A stretch of 64,000 nt of DNA from an uncultured cyanobacterium (lineage in GTDB: Bacteria; Cyanobacteriota; Cyanobacteriia; Cyanobacteriales; CAWCAG01): positions 128,001-192,000 of the forward strand of contig CAWDOD010000011.1 of NCBI GenBank assembly GCA_963803805.1. The letters are read 5' to 3'. Positions within the stretch are counted from its first letter, which is position 1. Each line of letters opens with the position of its first letter. Below the pieces are notes generated by a model. That model had not been told where the DNA came from, ran no database searches, and saw nothing but the letters and a program-made list of their open reading frames with translations. Below, in pieces: positions 39,265 to 51,104 of the stretch. A program made the translations under genes and the position numbers.

Positions 39265-39573
39265 ACAAAGAAAAGAAAAATTAGCTTAAGCTACTTATTT
39301 TCAGTTGCTAAGTCGTGTTTCCGGAAAGCTTTTGTCATTTATCATTAGAGAACAAGACCATAATTTAATTTTAGATAGGGTTTCTTCTACTGTAGAATTG
39401 CCTTCTTTATTTAAGGCACATTTTTCTCAACCAAAATATTAGCTAAATCTTCAAGAAAATTCTCATCCTGCTTTTACATAATTGCTCACTTGCTATATAT
39501 TTTCCTTAGAGTACTCCCCACTCTCTACCCTCACTGGATTACCTGGGCAACTAAACCAGATTTAGTATAATCA

Positions 39574-39984
39574 ATGAAAACTTCAGAAGCGAATGAATCT
39601 GATTCCCGCAAAAACATTTCAGAAAGACTCAAACAAGCTTTAACGATATTAAGAGAAATAGAAGAAGAAATAAGTTCTCAACCAGATTTGGCAGCGGCAT
39701 GGGAAAGGGTTGATGATTATTTAGATATTTGTCAAGTCAATCTTGTTAATGCTCTTTCAGTAATAGAATTGCAACAGCAACCAACCATGATTGATCCTAC
39801 TCCCATAGAAGAAGCAGTTGCTGAATTAAAAGAGCAGATTCTTAAGGCAATGCAAGAAAAAAAATTAGATAAACCGACAGAAGAAAAGCTAGTAGAAATC
39901 ACCGTTGCCCAAATTCGCTGGTTAATAGAATATCTCTCAAACAACCCCGATATCCTCCAAGCAAATATCTCTTCATCAGAATAA
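39574..39984 (+). CDS. Hypothetical protein (helical)
   Basis: 136-aa ATG ORF with no recognised motif. Confidence 0.55.
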   Translation: MKTSEANESDSRKNISERLKQALTILREIEEEISSQPDLAAAWERVDDYLDICQVNLVNALSVIELQQQPTMIDPTPIEEAVAELKEQILKAMQEKKLDKPTEEKLVEITVAQIRWLIEYLSNNPDILQANISSSE

Positions 39985-40028
39985 GGTTAATTCAACCATA
40001 AACATACCTATTACCTATTACTTATCCC

Positions 40029-40844
40029 CTAACGCCGGCTAAACTCAATAACTCCAGTCTTAATATTAATATCGTAACCAGCATAAAAATCTTGCCCCAA
40101 CAAACCAATAGGCATATTAGAGGCCATAGACACCCTAACATTAGTTTTAACCCGCCCGTCAGTTGCCATAGATTTTAGTTGCATAACAGGCATAGAAACT
40201 ACTGAACCGTCAGCAATAACAATATTAGCAGTGCTAACAGGTTTTAACTCCAAAGCCTGGGCAATAGAGCTAGTAATTAGGGTATTAGTAGCTCCTGTAT
40301 CAAAAAGCATATCAAAGGTTTTGCTACCATTAAAAGTCACTGCCACAATTGGTATACCTTTATATTTTGCTTTAATTGGTACTGAGAAAAACTTAGGATT
40401 AGCATCGCTAGTAGTTTTTGTTGTATCGTCGCGGGGAGTTGCTCTTTGTTTTGCTTTTGCTAAATAGCCTTTGTATTCTGATAACTTCTCTTGGGCTATC
40501 TTATGGTTAGGGCTAGAAGTTGGCACTGTTTCTAATAACTTAATAACCTTTTCCCAACGTTGAGCAATCAATACCCAATCTTCCCTAGCTAGGGCTGACT
40601 TGCCCATCGCAGTGGCTCCTGTAGCCATATCAAAAGCTTTCTGGAAAGAATCTTCTTGAGGAGAAGGAGATACTTGGGGTGTAGGGGAAGGGGAGGCTTG
40701 AGGTGCAGGAGATACTGCTGCCTCAGCAGGAGAAACTTCAGCCGTGGAAGCAGTCTCAGAATCTTGACTACAAGCTACAGCACCTAGAGTCAAAATACTT
40801 CCTAAAAGGATTGTGGTAGTAGTTCGTAGTGAAGGTAGCTCCAT
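40029..40844 (-). CDS. Lipoprotein with retropepsin-like aspartic protease domain
   Basis: Lipobox-like GAVAC, P/S-rich linker, FDTGA and GLLGQDF. Confidence 0.88.
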   Translation of the reverse strand: MELPSLRTTTTILLGSILTLGAVACSQDSETASTAEVSPAEAAVSPAPQASPSPTPQVSPSPQEDSFQKAFDMATGATAMGKSALAREDWVLIAQRWEKVIKLLETVPTSSPNHKIAQEKLSEYKGYLAKAKQRATPRDDTTKTTSDANPKFFSVPIKAKYKGIPIVAVTFNGSKTFDMLFDTGATNTLITSSIAQALELKPVSTANIVIADGSVVSMPVMQLKSMATDGRVKTNVRVSMASNMPIGLLGQDFYAGYDINIKTGVIEFSRR

Positions 40845-40938
40845 GGGTAATATTTAACCTATCAATATTTATAAATATATGCTACCCAGTCGAGAGTTTT
40901 TCTGGGCCTTGATTAAGCTAATTAGTAACTAAAATTTA

Positions 40939-40964
40939 AGGGACACAACCTAAATTGTGTCCCT
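40939..40964 (-). terminator. Hairpin downstream of tkt
   Basis: agggacacaa-cctaaa-ttgtgtccct 10-bp stem, followed on the minus strand by a T-rich run. Confidence 0.65.
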
Positions 40965-40999
40965 AGTTAAATAAAATTCGTCTCAGCCTAAGCTTGATT

Positions 41000-43000
41000 T
41001 TAGAGAGCTTTAGCTTTAGCCACTACATTATCAACCGTAAAGCCAAACTTCTCCATAGCTAAACCACCAGGAGAAGAAACGCCGAAGGTATCAACAGTAA
41101 TAGTATCGCCTTCAAAACCAACGTAGCGTTCCCAACCAAACTTAATACCAGCTTCTACTGCTAAACGCTTAGTAACTGCTTTGGGTAATACAGATTCTTT
41201 GTAAGAGTCATCTTGCTCTTCAAATAGTTCCCAACTAGGCATAGAAACTACCCGAACTTTCTTACCTTCATCAGCAAGTTTCTTAGCAGCATCAACACAG
41301 AGGTGTACTTCACTACCAGTACCAATGAGAATAATCTCAGGGGCATCACAATCAACTAAAGTATAAGCCCCCTTAGCGACATTCTCAATAGAGCTACCAG
41401 CTAAGTTGGGTACGCCCTGGCGGGTAAAAGCCATCAAAGTAGGACGAGTCCGATTTTCTACGGCGATTTTGTAAGCACCAGAGGTTTCGTTACCATCAGC
41501 CGGACGAATTACCACTAAATCAGGAATTGCCCGTAAAGAAGCGATGGTTTCTACGGGTTGGTGAGTTGGGCCATCTTCTCCTAAAGCGATGGAGTCGTGG
41601 GTCATAACCCAAATAACTCCAGTTTGAGAAAGGGAAGATAAACGAATCGCAGCCCGCATATAATCGGTGAAGATTAAGAAAGTAGCACCGTAGGCAATTA
41701 AACCAGAGTCATGGAGGGCAAGGCCATTACAAATTGCCCCCATACCATGTTCTCTGACCCCAAAGCGCACATTGCGATTTTCGTACTGCCCTTTTTGGAA
41801 ATCTCCCGATACGTCCATTAAGGTGAGGTTAGAGGGGGCCAAATCAGCAGATCCCCCAATGAGGTTAGTCAAAACTGGAGCTAAAGCGTTAATGCAAGCG
41901 TTGGAATGCTTACGGGTAGCTACGGCTTTATCTTCAGGAGTAAAGGTAGGTAAAGCATCAGCCCAACCATCAGGTAATTCCCCATTGAGGACAATTTTCT
42001 CAAACTCTTTAGCTTCTTCAGCATACTTTTTCTTGTATTCTGCCCAAGTTTGATTCCATTCAGCTTCAGCAGATTCACCCCGCTCTACAGCTTTGCGGAA
42101 GTGATTGAGAGCATCATCAGGGACAACAAAAGGCTCGTGATCCCAACCTAAGTGTTTCCGTGTCGCTGCTACTTCGTCTCCCCCTAAAGCAGCACCGTGT
42201 ACGCCGTGGGTGTTAGCTTTGTTAGGAGAGCCAAAACCAATAGTGGTGGTTACTTTAATTAAAGAAGGCTTATCAGTAACCGCTTTAGCTGCTTCAATAG
42301 CCTCAGCAATGGCTTCTAAATCTGAATTACCATCTTCAACGTGTTGTACGTGCCAACCATAGGCTTCATAACGCTTGCTGACATCTTCAGTGAAGGCTAA
42401 ATCTGTAGAGCCATCAATAGAAATATGGTTATCATCATAAAAAGCGATTAACTTGCCTAAGCCCCAATGCCCAGCTAAGGAACAAGCTTCTCCTGATACT
42501 CCTTCCATATTACAACCATCACCCATAATTACATAGGTGTAGTGGTCTACAATCTTACTATCAGGCTTGTTGTACTTTGCAGCTAAATGAGCTTCTGCTA
42601 CAGCTAAACCTACAGCATTGGCTACACCTTGCCCCAAAGGACCAGTAGTAATTTCCACTCCTTCGGTCATAAAGTTTTCTGGATGTCCAGGAGTCTTCGA
42701 TTCAAATTGCCGGAATTGCTTGATGTCTTCAATGCTTACGCCATCATAACCAGTAAGATACAATAAAGCGTATTGCAACATACAACCGTGACCCGCAGAA
42801 AGAACGAAGCGATCGCGGTTAAACCAGGCATCATTTTTGGGATTAAATTTCATGAAGCGGTCCCAAAGCACAAAAGCCATAGGAGCAGCGCCCATAGGTA
42901 GCCCTGGATGACCAGAGTTGGCCTTTTCTACAGCATCAATTGCCAGAAAACGGATTGAGTTGATGCAAAGTTCTTCGAGTGATTGGCTAGCAACGACCAT
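41000..43000 (-). CDS. tkt: Transketolase
   Basis: [35 protein letters not shown] and [16 protein letters not shown] motifs. Confidence 0.99.
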   Translation of the reverse strand: MVVASQSLEELCINSIRFLAIDAVEKANSGHPGLPMGAAPMAFVLWDRFMKFNPKNDAWFNRDRFVLSAGHGCMLQYALLYLTGYDGVSIEDIKQFRQFESKTPGHPENFMTEGVEITTGPLGQGVANAVGLAVAEAHLAAKYNKPDSKIVDHYTYVIMGDGCNMEGVSGEACSLAGHWGLGKLIAFYDDNHISIDGSTDLAFTEDVSKRYEAYGWHVQHVEDGNSDLEAIAEAIEAAKAVTDKPSLIKVTTTIGFGSPNKANTHGVHGAALGGDEVAATRKHLGWDHEPFVVPDDALNHFRKAVERGESAEAEWNQTWAEYKKKYAEEAKEFEKIVLNGELPDGWADALPTFTPEDKAVATRKHSNACINALAPVLTNLIGGSADLAPSNLTLMDVSGDFQKGQYENRNVRFGVREHGMGAICNGLALHDSGLIAYGATFLIFTDYMRAAIRLSSLSQTGVIWVMTHDSIALGEDGPTHQPVETIASLRAIPDLVVIRPADGNETSGAYKIAVENRTRPTLMAFTRQGVPNLAGSSIENVAKGAYTLVDCDAPEIILIGTGSEVHLCVDAAKKLADEGKKVRVVSMPSWELFEEQDDSYKESVLPKAVTKRLAVEAGIKFGWERYVGFEGDTITVDTFGVSSPGGLAMEKFGFTVDNVVAKAKAL

Positions 43001-43145
43001 ATTGATTCTATTAAGGTGAACTAGGGTTTAAAAAAATTTGTGAGAGTTTAACTTGATGGCTAAAAATTGCCCCAAGGCTATTACCCATCATCCCATTGAT
43101 AGGGATCGATGAGCAAGGGAGATATCAACGATTAATAATTAGGGT

Positions 43146-44396
43146 TTAAAGATATTTTTTGAAAGCCAAAGTTACGTTATGACCACCAAAACCGAAGGAG
43201 TTAGAAAGAGCTACTAGCACTTTTTGTTCTCGGCTGATGTGAGGTACGTAATCTAAATCGCAGTCAGGATCAGGGCTATCAAGATTAACAGTTGGTGGGA
43301 TTTTGTCGTTAGCTACTGCCATAGCCGTAGCTACCGCTTCTATACCTCCGGACCCCCCTAAAAGATGTCCCGTCATAGATTTTGTCGAACTAATCGCTAC
43401 TTTGTAAGCACTTTCTCCTAATGCTTGCTTAATAGCCTTTGTTTCGGTGGGATCATTGGCGGGAGTGCTTGTACCATGAGCATTAATGTAACTTACTTGT
43501 TCTGGACTAATGCCCCCATCTTTAAGGGCTAACTGTATAGCCCTAGTTGCTCCCTCACCTCCAGGCACTGGCGCCGTCATGTGGTAAGCATCACAGGTCA
43601 TACCGTAGCCAACAATTTCGCCATAGATTTTGGCTCCCCTACTCAAAGCGTGTTCCAGTTCTTCTAAAAGTAGTATGCCTGCACCTTCTCCCATTACAAA
43701 ACCATCGCGGTCTTTATCAAAGGGGCGACTAGCATGGATAGGATCATCATTGCGGCTAGAAAGGGCCCGAGCAGAAGCAAAACCTGCTACCGCTAAGGGG
43801 GTAACAGCAGCTTCTGTACCACCACAAATCATAGCTTGGGCGTAACCCCTCTGAACTAAGCGAAAGGCATCTCCTACAGCGTGGGAACCTGCAGCACAAG
43901 CAGTCACCGTACAGGAGTTAGGGCCTTTCGCCCCTGTATGAATAGCAGCTAACCCCGCAGCCATATTAGCGATCATCATGGGAACCATAAAAGGGCTACA
44001 GCGAGAAGGTCCTTTATTAAGGTAAATTTCCTGCTGGTCTTCGAGAACTTTAATACCTCCGACACCAGTACCAATGATGATACCTATTTGTTCAGCGTTG
44101 AGGTCATTAATCTCAAATTTGGCATCTTCTAAAGTCTGTTTACTAGCGGCGATCGCGAATTGAGCGAAGCGATCCATACGCTTAGCCTCTTTACGGCTAA
44201 CATAATCATGGGGATCGAAACCTTTAACCTCTCCAGCAATCTGACAGGCATGGCGAGAAGCATCAAATAGACTAATAGGAGCAATGCCACTACGTCCATT
44301 TAATAAACCTTGCCAATATTCATTGAGGCTATTTCCCAAGGGAGTAACGGCTCCGAGGCCAGTTACAACAACCCGTTTTAGTTGTAAATTTGTCAT
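43146..44396 (-). CDS. fabF: Beta-ketoacyl-ACP synthase II
   Basis: RVVVTGLG, TACAAG, NAHGTST, KSMTGHLLG and SNSFGFGGHN motifs. Confidence 0.98.
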   Translation of the reverse strand: MTNLQLKRVVVTGLGAVTPLGNSLNEYWQGLLNGRSGIAPISLFDASRHACQIAGEVKGFDPHDYVSRKEAKRMDRFAQFAIAASKQTLEDAKFEINDLNAEQIGIIIGTGVGGIKVLEDQQEIYLNKGPSRCSPFMVPMMIANMAAGLAAIHTGAKGPNSCTVTACAAGSHAVGDAFRLVQRGYAQAMICGGTEAAVTPLAVAGFASARALSSRNDDPIHASRPFDKDRDGFVMGEGAGILLLEELEHALSRGAKIYGEIVGYGMTCDAYHMTAPVPGGEGATRAIQLALKDGGISPEQVSYINAHGTSTPANDPTETKAIKQALGESAYKVAISSTKSMTGHLLGGSGGIEAVATAMAVANDKIPPTVNLDSPDPDCDLDYVPHISREQKVLVALSNSFGFGGHNVTLAFKKYL

Positions 44397-44546
44397 GATG
44401 CTAGAGATGATAAAGACTTTTTCGCTCCAAAACTGAAGCTATGTTGAATTTCTCAATAATGCCGGGGTTTAGATGGCAAATCAGAGAATTTTATGCTTGT
44501 TAATGTTAAACCCAAAAGGATTTCTAAACCCAAATTCTTGTTGTAG

Positions 44547-44574
44547 AGGACGGGTATTAAATTAAACCCGTCCT
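44547..44574. terminator. Hairpin between acpP and fabF
   Basis: aggacgggt-attaaattaa-acccgtcct 9-bp perfect stem. Confidence 0.5.
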
Positions 44575-44647
44575 AACAGAACATCTATAAAAATAGTTTT
44601 GTTTGACCAACAAAGTGAAGTCAGATATTTCCGATATTTGAGTATCT

Positions 44648-44896
44648 TTAAGCTGAGGTAGCTACCTTCTCACTAATATAATCCACAGCATTTTTGACTG
44701 TAGCAATTTGTTCTGCGGCTTCGTCGGGGATTTCAATATCAAATTCTTCCTCTAAAGCCATGACTAGCTCTACGGTATCTAAGGAGTCTGCTCCTAAATC
44801 GTTAGCAAAGCTAGCTTCAGGAGTTACTTTATCAGCTTCAACTTCTAATTGTTCTGTAACAATTGTTTGGACTTGAGAGAAAATTTCTTGATTCAT
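44648..44896 (-). CDS. acpP: Acyl carrier protein (housekeeping FAS)
   Basis: [20 protein letters not shown] motif, upstream of fabF. Confidence 0.99.
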   Translation of the reverse strand: MNQEIFSQVQTIVTEQLEVEADKVTPEASFANDLGADSLDTVELVMALEEEFDIEIPDEAAEQIATVKNAVDYISEKVATSA

Positions 44897-45112
44897 AAGT
44901 TTTGTTCAACCTACTTGCCGGAATTGACTTGAGTGAATAGAGATTTTGTAAGTATTTTTCATCTTATCGGAAAGCGGTACTCCCTAAGCTTTTTTGTAGC
45001 CGCACAGATAATTGGCATACTTGGCTAATGGCTAATGGCTAATTGTTTTCTCCTCATCTCCTCACCGATATAGCATAATAGCTAGTTAGAGTTTAAAGAG
45101 AATACAAGAGCC

Positions 45113-46027
45113 ATGACGACTGTGACCCAAAAAGCTTTGCGCTATGCTTATTTTCCGGGCTGTGTGGCTCAAGGGGCTTGTAAGGAGCTTTATTTATCTA
45201 CTTCAGCCTTAGCAAAAGCTTTAGATATTGAACTCATTGAATTAAAAAAGGGCGCTTGTTGTGGATCGGGAACCTACAAAGAAGATTCCCAACTACTTGA
45301 AGATACCGTTAATGCTCGTAATATTGCCCTGGCTGAAGCAGAAAATCTGCCCCTTTTAACCCATTGCAGTACTTGTCAAGGAGTTATTGGTCATGTGGAT
45401 GAACGTTTAAAAGAAGCCCAAGCCAATAATCCTGCTTACTTAGAACAGGTTAATAGTTTATTAAAAAAAGAAGGCTGTTCACCTTATCAAGGTTCTACAG
45501 AAGTAAAACATCTTCTTTGGGCAATAGTAGCTGATTACGGGCTTGATACTTTGAAAGCTAAGGTCAAACGCTCCCTTTCTGGCTTAAAATGTGCGGCTTT
45601 TTATGGCTGCTATTTACTCCGCGCTCAAAAATCTCTACCCTACGACGATCCTCTTCAGCCAGAATCTTTAGAAAATGTTTTCCGTACAGTAGGAGCTACT
45701 CCTGTCTACTATTCAGGTCGTACTCAATGCTGTGGTTGGCCTATTTCTAGCTATGCCCCAGAACAATCTTTCCAAATGGCTGGCAAACATATCCAAGAGG
45801 CTATTGATGGTGGGGCTGACTGCTTAGTAACTCCTTGCCCTCTTTGTCATCTTAATCTCGATTCTCGCCAACCAGAGGTAGAAAAAGTCATAGGACGCTC
45901 TTTAGGCCTACCAGTCCTTCATTTACCTCAGTTAATTGGTTTAGCTTTAGGACTTGAACCCCAACAATTAGGTTTAGAGAAACACATTGTCTCGACAAAA
46001 GTAGTTCTAGATAAATTAACTATTTAA
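45113..46027 (+). CDS. Heterodisulfide reductase subunit B-like CCG-domain protein
   Basis: YFPGC, CCG, CSTC, YGC, CCG and CPLC (two CCG domains). Confidence 0.9.
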   Translation: MTTVTQKALRYAYFPGCVAQGACKELYLSTSALAKALDIELIELKKGACCGSGTYKEDSQLLEDTVNARNIALAEAENLPLLTHCSTCQGVIGHVDERLKEAQANNPAYLEQVNSLLKKEGCSPYQGSTEVKHLLWAIVADYGLDTLKAKVKRSLSGLKCAAFYGCYLLRAQKSLPYDDPLQPESLENVFRTVGATPVYYSGRTQCCGWPISSYAPEQSFQMAGKHIQEAIDGGADCLVTPCPLCHLNLDSRQPEVEKVIGRSLGLPVLHLPQLIGLALGLEPQQLGLEKHIVSTKVVLDKLTI

Positions 46028-46430
46028 AGGTAATTAATAAGTAAAAGTAATTAATCTTTTGTCTAAAAATTCCTTTTTACAATACCTAATAATGAATATT
46101 GAGGTAATACTAGAAAGTAGCGCTTAGTCATAGCTTAGTTGCTAAAGCTTTCTGCCTGAAGCCCTTAAAGAAATAAATTTGCTAATAGTTATACCTCTAG
46201 ACAGATTTATTTAAGGAATATTCAGGTTTGTATCAGGCTAGTTTTTGCCAAATGTAGTTGCTTATACTGGGCATTTTATTGAGGCTAGGATAACCTGATG
46301 CGCAGTAGACAATTAATTATTTTCTTAAGCTTGATTATTTTCAATAATGGAGTTTAACACTAGGGGAAAAAAGAAAAGCCTTAAGAAAGTATTAAAATGT
46401 CTAAACATATCTTTTGGTTGGAGGAAAAAA

Positions 46431-46799
46431 GTGTTTTTACGACTTGCACAACAACATCGTCTTTTTGTCAAAGATTTGGTAATGAATCTCCAAGCTATGG
46501 CTATTGTTCTAGAAAACCGTGGCTATCTTGCTTCTTGCTACACCTGCGGTAGTCAAATGAATAGTGCTTCTTTTATGGTTAGCTTAGGACAAAATCATCT
46601 CATCCGTTTTTTAGTATCAGATTATGGCATCACTTGGACGGAAATGCGTGATGACAGAGAGTTGATGAAATTAGAAGGGGCTGAGGCTATTTGCCAGTTA
46701 CAAGACTTAGCTGACTTAGTTAAATACCACATTGCTCCTGCTGATTCTAATTGGGAAGGACATCACAAAGGAAACGATTCTCTAGCGATTTCTCGTTAA
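46431..46799 (+). CDS. DUF1815 family protein
   Basis: GTG start after GGAGG. FLRLAQQHR.FVKDLVMNLQA...ASCYTCG...IRFLVSDYGITWTE. Confidence 0.8.
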   Translation: MFLRLAQQHRLFVKDLVMNLQAMAIVLENRGYLASCYTCGSQMNSASFMVSLGQNHLIRFLVSDYGITWTEMRDDRELMKLEGAEAICQLQDLADLVKYHIAPADSNWEGHHKGNDSLAISR

Positions 46800-46954
46800 A
46801 GAGCTTCATGCTTAAAGGCTCAGACAAATGCCTTATCTCATAGAAATTGCTGACACTATAGCATCAGGGCGTTAGCTTAACTCAACAGAGAATCAAACCT
46901 TAAGGGTTTAATCCCCATACTCTTCACAAAATATGCCGATACATAAAAATTGAA

Positions 46955-46976
46955 GCCTCTACTGTGCAGTAGAGGC
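46955..46976. terminator. Hairpin downstream of pdhA
   Basis: gcctctact-gtgc-agtagaggc perfect stem between convergent genes. Confidence 0.6.
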
Positions 46977-47001
46977 CTTGAGTTAAATTTCCCTCACCAA
47001 A

Positions 47002-48036
47002 CTATTGATTCTCAGCGAAAATAAACCGTCTTAATTCGCTAGGATCTGGCTCTGGGCTATCCTGAGCAAATTCAACGGCTTCTTCAATTCGGGTTTGAAT
47101 TTTTTTCTCAATAGCTTTAAGCTCTCCTGCTTCTGCTAAATTCTGCTCAACCAAATAAGCATTAAACTTTTTAATTGGATCTCGCGCTAACCAAGTTTGC
47201 TTTTCTTCTTGGGGACGTAGTTCGTCAGGATCGGCCAAAGAGTGACCCCGAAAACGATAGGTTAAAGCTTCAATCAAGGTAGGCCCTTCACCTGCTCTAG
47301 CCCTTGCCACCGCTTCTTTAGCTACAGTATGAACTGCTAATACATCCATACCATCTACTTCAACCCCGTGCATATTGAAGCCTTCAGCCTTGCGATAAAT
47401 TTCGGGTTGAGAAGTCGCTCTCTCATGAGCCATGCCAATAGCCCACTTGTTGTTCTCTACCACAAAAAGAATGGGGAGTTTCCAAAGGGCTGCCATATTA
47501 AGACATTCAAAAAATTGACCATTATTTGCTGCTCCATCCCCAAAAAAGCAAGCTGTTACCTGGTCAGCATTTTCATCTCCTAAGGCCTCCCGGCGATATT
47601 TAGATTGCAAGGCAGCCCCAGTAGCCACAGGAATACCTTCAGCTACAAAAGCAAATCCTCCTAAAAGGCGGTGTTCCTCAGAAAACATATGCATTGAACC
47701 ACCGCGCCCTTTACTACAGCCTGTGGCCTTACCAAATAACTCGGCCATAACCTCCTTGGCAGGAACTCCACAACTAAGGGCGTGGACGTGATCACGATAA
47801 GTACTACAGACATAATCTTCTCCAGGGCGCATAGCTTGAATAACCCCAGTGGATACCGCCTCTTGACCATTGTAAAGATGGACAAAACCGAACATTTTGC
47901 CTCGATAGTACATTTCAGCACATTTGTCTTCAAATAGACGGCCGAGTACCATATCTTCATAGAGAAGCAATCCGTCTTCTCTGGTGATTTGAGCAGAGGT
48001 AGCATGAAATTCAGGTAAAGTACGTTCTAAGACCAT
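47002..48036 (-). CDS. pdhA: Pyruvate dehydrogenase E1 alpha subunit
   Basis: [29 protein letters not shown] and [10 protein letters not shown] motifs. Likely start MVLERTLP at 48036. Confidence 0.98.
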   Translation of the reverse strand: MVLERTLPEFHATSAQITREDGLLLYEDMVLGRLFEDKCAEMYYRGKMFGFVHLYNGQEAVSTGVIQAMRPGEDYVCSTYRDHVHALSCGVPAKEVMAELFGKATGCSKGRGGSMHMFSEEHRLLGGFAFVAEGIPVATGAALQSKYRREALGDENADQVTACFFGDGAANNGQFFECLNMAALWKLPILFVVENNKWAIGMAHERATSQPEIYRKAEGFNMHGVEVDGMDVLAVHTVAKEAVARARAGEGPTLIEALTYRFRGHSLADPDELRPQEEKQTWLARDPIKKFNAYLVEQNLAEAGELKAIEKKIQTRIEEAVEFAQDSPEPDPSELRRFIFAENQ

Positions 48037-48367
48037 AAAGTTTGTTGTATCCTTACAGCAGTTGCAAGAGGAGTTGTTTAAAAGGAGTCTAGTTGAGCAA
48101 TCTTGTACCCAACTCGAATCCAAAGCAAGCTGTGGTTGTAATTTAAACCTAAGTAACACAGCATTGACATTTTAAGATTAAACTGAAAATCTAAAGAAAA
48201 ATGCTAAATTTTTCAATTACCTTTATTGAATTTCCAGCAAATATTTATCTTAAATAGCTTGCTCTTAAGTTAGAATCGTGCAAAAGAAGCAATAACCAAA
48301 TAACTAAAGGCAAAATTGGGGTTTTATCAAGGTCAATTCAGTAGCTAGCGTCCTGGGGAAGCAAAAC

Positions 48368-50620
48368 GTGCGAATACCGCTCGATTACTATAGAATACTG
48401 GGCGTGCCAATTCAGGCCACAGCCGAACAATTAAGTCAGGCATACCAAGACCGGACTTTACAACTGCCGCGTCGAGAATATAGTGATGCGGCGATTACAG
48501 CACGTAAACAATTACTTGACGAAGCTTATGGAGTTTTATCTAATCTAGAGCAGCGTTCTGAGTATGACGCTAGTTTTTTAGCTAAGACTTACGAGTTAGA
48601 GTCTGAGGGGCAAATAGATTTACCTTTAGAACAGAAAGGTCAGGCAGAAAATAGCGAACTAGACCCCCATACCCCTTGGATTGAAATTGATTCAGAGCAG
48701 TTTATTGGCTCTTTGTTAATACTGCAAGAATTGGGAGAATACGAATTAGTCCTTAAGTTAGGCCATCCCTATTTAACTAAAAAAGATGGCATTAGTCTTG
48801 ATAAAGGACGTTTAGGAGATCCCAAATTAGTTAGGGCTGACCTGGTATTGACCTTAGCTTTAGCCTGCTTGGAGTTAGGTAGAGAACACTGGCAGCAAAA
48901 GGAATATGAAAATGCTTCAATTTCTGGACAAACAGGACAAGATTTGCTCTTGCGAGAAGGGCTATTTCCTGGGGTTAGGGGAGAAATTCAAGCGGATCTT
49001 TACAAGCTTAGACCCTATCGCGTTTTAGAATTGTTGGCCTTGCCTCTGAAAAATACTCAAGAAAGACAGCAAGGGTTAATACTGCTGCGAGAAATGTTAG
49101 CTGAGCGGGGAGGGATAGATGGCACAGCGAACGATCAATCGGGTTTGAGTATAGATGACTTCCTGCGCTTTATTCAACAGCTTAGAGGCTATTTAACTGT
49201 AGCAGAGCAGCAAGAATTATTTGAAGCAGAAGCGAAAAGACCTTCTGCTGTGGCTACTTATTTGGCGGTGTATGCTTTATTAGCGAGGGGATTTGCTCAA
49301 CGCCGCCCTGCCTTAGTCGCTAGGGCCAAAGTAATGCTAATTCGCTTAGGAAGACGACAGGACGTTCATTTAGAACAAGCTGTCTGCGCTCTGTTACTCG
49401 GTCAAACAGAGGAGGCTAGCCGCGCCCTAGAATTAAGCCAGGAATATGAACCTTTAGCTTTTATCCGTGAACATTCCCAAGGTTCGCCAGATCTCTTACC
49501 AGGATTGTGTCTTTATGGAGAAAACTGGTTACACTCAGAAGTATTCCCCCACTTTCGAGATTTAGCTCAGCAAAGGGTCGCTTTAAAAGATTACTTTGCT
49601 GATGACCAAGTACAAAGTTACTTAGAAAAACTTCCGGCGGAAACTGAAGATCCCAATCAATGGTCGGTGGTAGATTCTCAAACTACTCGTACCTCCTCAG
49701 TTGCTAGTAGTGCTTTCGCTACTCAGCACAGTAGTGGAGTACGAAGTCAAGGAGGGGAAAGTAGTTCTAAGTCTAGGGGCAGCACTTCGACAATTACAGT
49801 AGAGCGAAACTCCGAAGCAACTAAAAATACTCCTGGTATTGGGGTATCAACCTTAAACAGTAGAGATGAATATACATCTCCTGAAGAGGGGCGATCGCGA
49901 CGTAAAAGACTTGCTCGTGAACAACCAGCTAGTTCTTTTCTTAATTCTGGTAATGGTTCTGTTAAAGTAGCTAGTAACAATACTTTAGGAAATAAATCGA
50001 CTTCCCCGAAGCTAAGTCGTTTAATTTTCCTGGCTATAGTTGGTCTTTTAGGGCTAGGGATTGCTATATTCCTTTTGTTAGGAACTTATAAATGGCTGCG
50101 AACGACTTTAAATAGCCTTTTTGGTACAAATCAACCAGCCGAAGAAAGTTTGGCTATTGAATTGAATAAACCCCCTGTAGAAATTCCTTCTCCTGGCACT
50201 CAGCTAGATGTATCTACAGAAGGAGCTTTATCCCAAGAAGCTGCTCGTCAGCTTATTAGTAACTGGCTAGCTACTAAATCCCAAGCTACGGGATCGGAAT
50301 ATTTAGGGGAAAAATTAACTAATGTTTTGGCTGAACCTCTTTTATCTCAATGGCGTGGTACTGTCCAAAATCTTAAAAACAATAATGCCTACTGGAAGTA
50401 TAAGCACGAGAAGATAGAAGTACAATCAGCCACAGAAAGCGAAACTGATCCTAATCAAACTAGTGTTGAAGCTATAGTTACTGAAGCAGCAGATTTTTAC
50501 CAACAAGGGCAGCGTAACGAAGCAAAATCCTACGAAAAAGACTTTCGGGTTCGCTACAATTTTCTCCGACAGGAAGATGGGTGGAGAATCAAAGCCATGA
50601 CAGTTAATGATTCAAATTAG
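48368..50620 (+). CDS. ftn2: Cell division protein Ftn2/ZipN (ARC6 homolog)
   Basis: MRIPLDYYRILG J-like domain, conserved ARC6 region, TM and C-terminal IMS/DUF4101-like domain. Confidence 0.93.
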   Translation: MRIPLDYYRILGVPIQATAEQLSQAYQDRTLQLPRREYSDAAITARKQLLDEAYGVLSNLEQRSEYDASFLAKTYELESEGQIDLPLEQKGQAENSELDPHTPWIEIDSEQFIGSLLILQELGEYELVLKLGHPYLTKKDGISLDKGRLGDPKLVRADLVLTLALACLELGREHWQQKEYENASISGQTGQDLLLREGLFPGVRGEIQADLYKLRPYRVLELLALPLKNTQERQQGLILLREMLAERGGIDGTANDQSGLSIDDFLRFIQQLRGYLTVAEQQELFEAEAKRPSAVATYLAVYALLARGFAQRRPALVARAKVMLIRLGRRQDVHLEQAVCALLLGQTEEASRALELSQEYEPLAFIREHSQGSPDLLPGLCLYGENWLHSEVFPHFRDLAQQRVALKDYFADDQVQSYLEKLPAETEDPNQWSVVDSQTTRTSSVASSAFATQHSSGVRSQGGESSSKSRGSTSTITVERNSEATKNTPGIGVSTLNSRDEYTSPEEGRSRRKRLAREQPASSFLNSGNGSVKVASNNTLGNKSTSPKLSRLIFLAIVGLLGLGIAIFLLLGTYKWLRTTLNSLFGTNQPAEESLAIELNKPPVEIPSPGTQLDVSTEGALSQEAARQLISNWLATKSQATGSEYLGEKLTNVLAEPLLSQWRGTVQNLKNNNAYWKYKHEKIEVQSATESETDPNQTSVEAIVTEAADFYQQGQRNEAKSYEKDFRVRYNFLRQEDGWRIKAMTVNDSN

Positions 50621-51104
50621 TTTATTGATAGTTTAAGCTTATATTTAAACTGTGGAAATAGGTATAATTTGAGTCAAAGAAATTGTCTTTTTAAGTACAC
50701 TACTACCTTGGGATAGATAAAGTACAAAAATAAACTTTTCTTGCCCCACAACTAAAGTACTACCCAAGACTTATTTTTATGGCCTTAAAAAGTAGTAAAG
50801 CTAACAACAGTGATTTTGAAAAATAGCCAAACTCACTTTCTTAATTACTAACAAAAACTTCCCAAAGTCTCTACTCAGCTTTATGTACGCAAAAAACTAA
50901 GCTCCTCCAGAAACTCTTAACTTATTACTTGTTACTTATTCCCCTCATCCCTAAGCAATAGTCTTTAAGTAAGAGATAGGTAGCCCCTTTTTCTAGGGAA
51001 TTTATAACCTCAAATATATTCGTTGAGTCCAACTAACCTTCCAAGAGAAAGGGAAGAGAATTTATAATGCTTAGTAATGCAATGGAGCTAAAAAGTGGAA
51101 AATC

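Noticed and set aside
40029-40844. Retroviral-type protease indicating a retroelement
   Set aside because: It is a lipoprotein-type bacterial retropepsin, with no RT, gag or integrase nearby.
41000-44896. acpP-fabF as part of the FAAL/ACP pathway or a type II PKS
   Set aside because: Standard housekeeping acpP-fabF-tkt arrangement about 40 kb away, with no chain-length factor.
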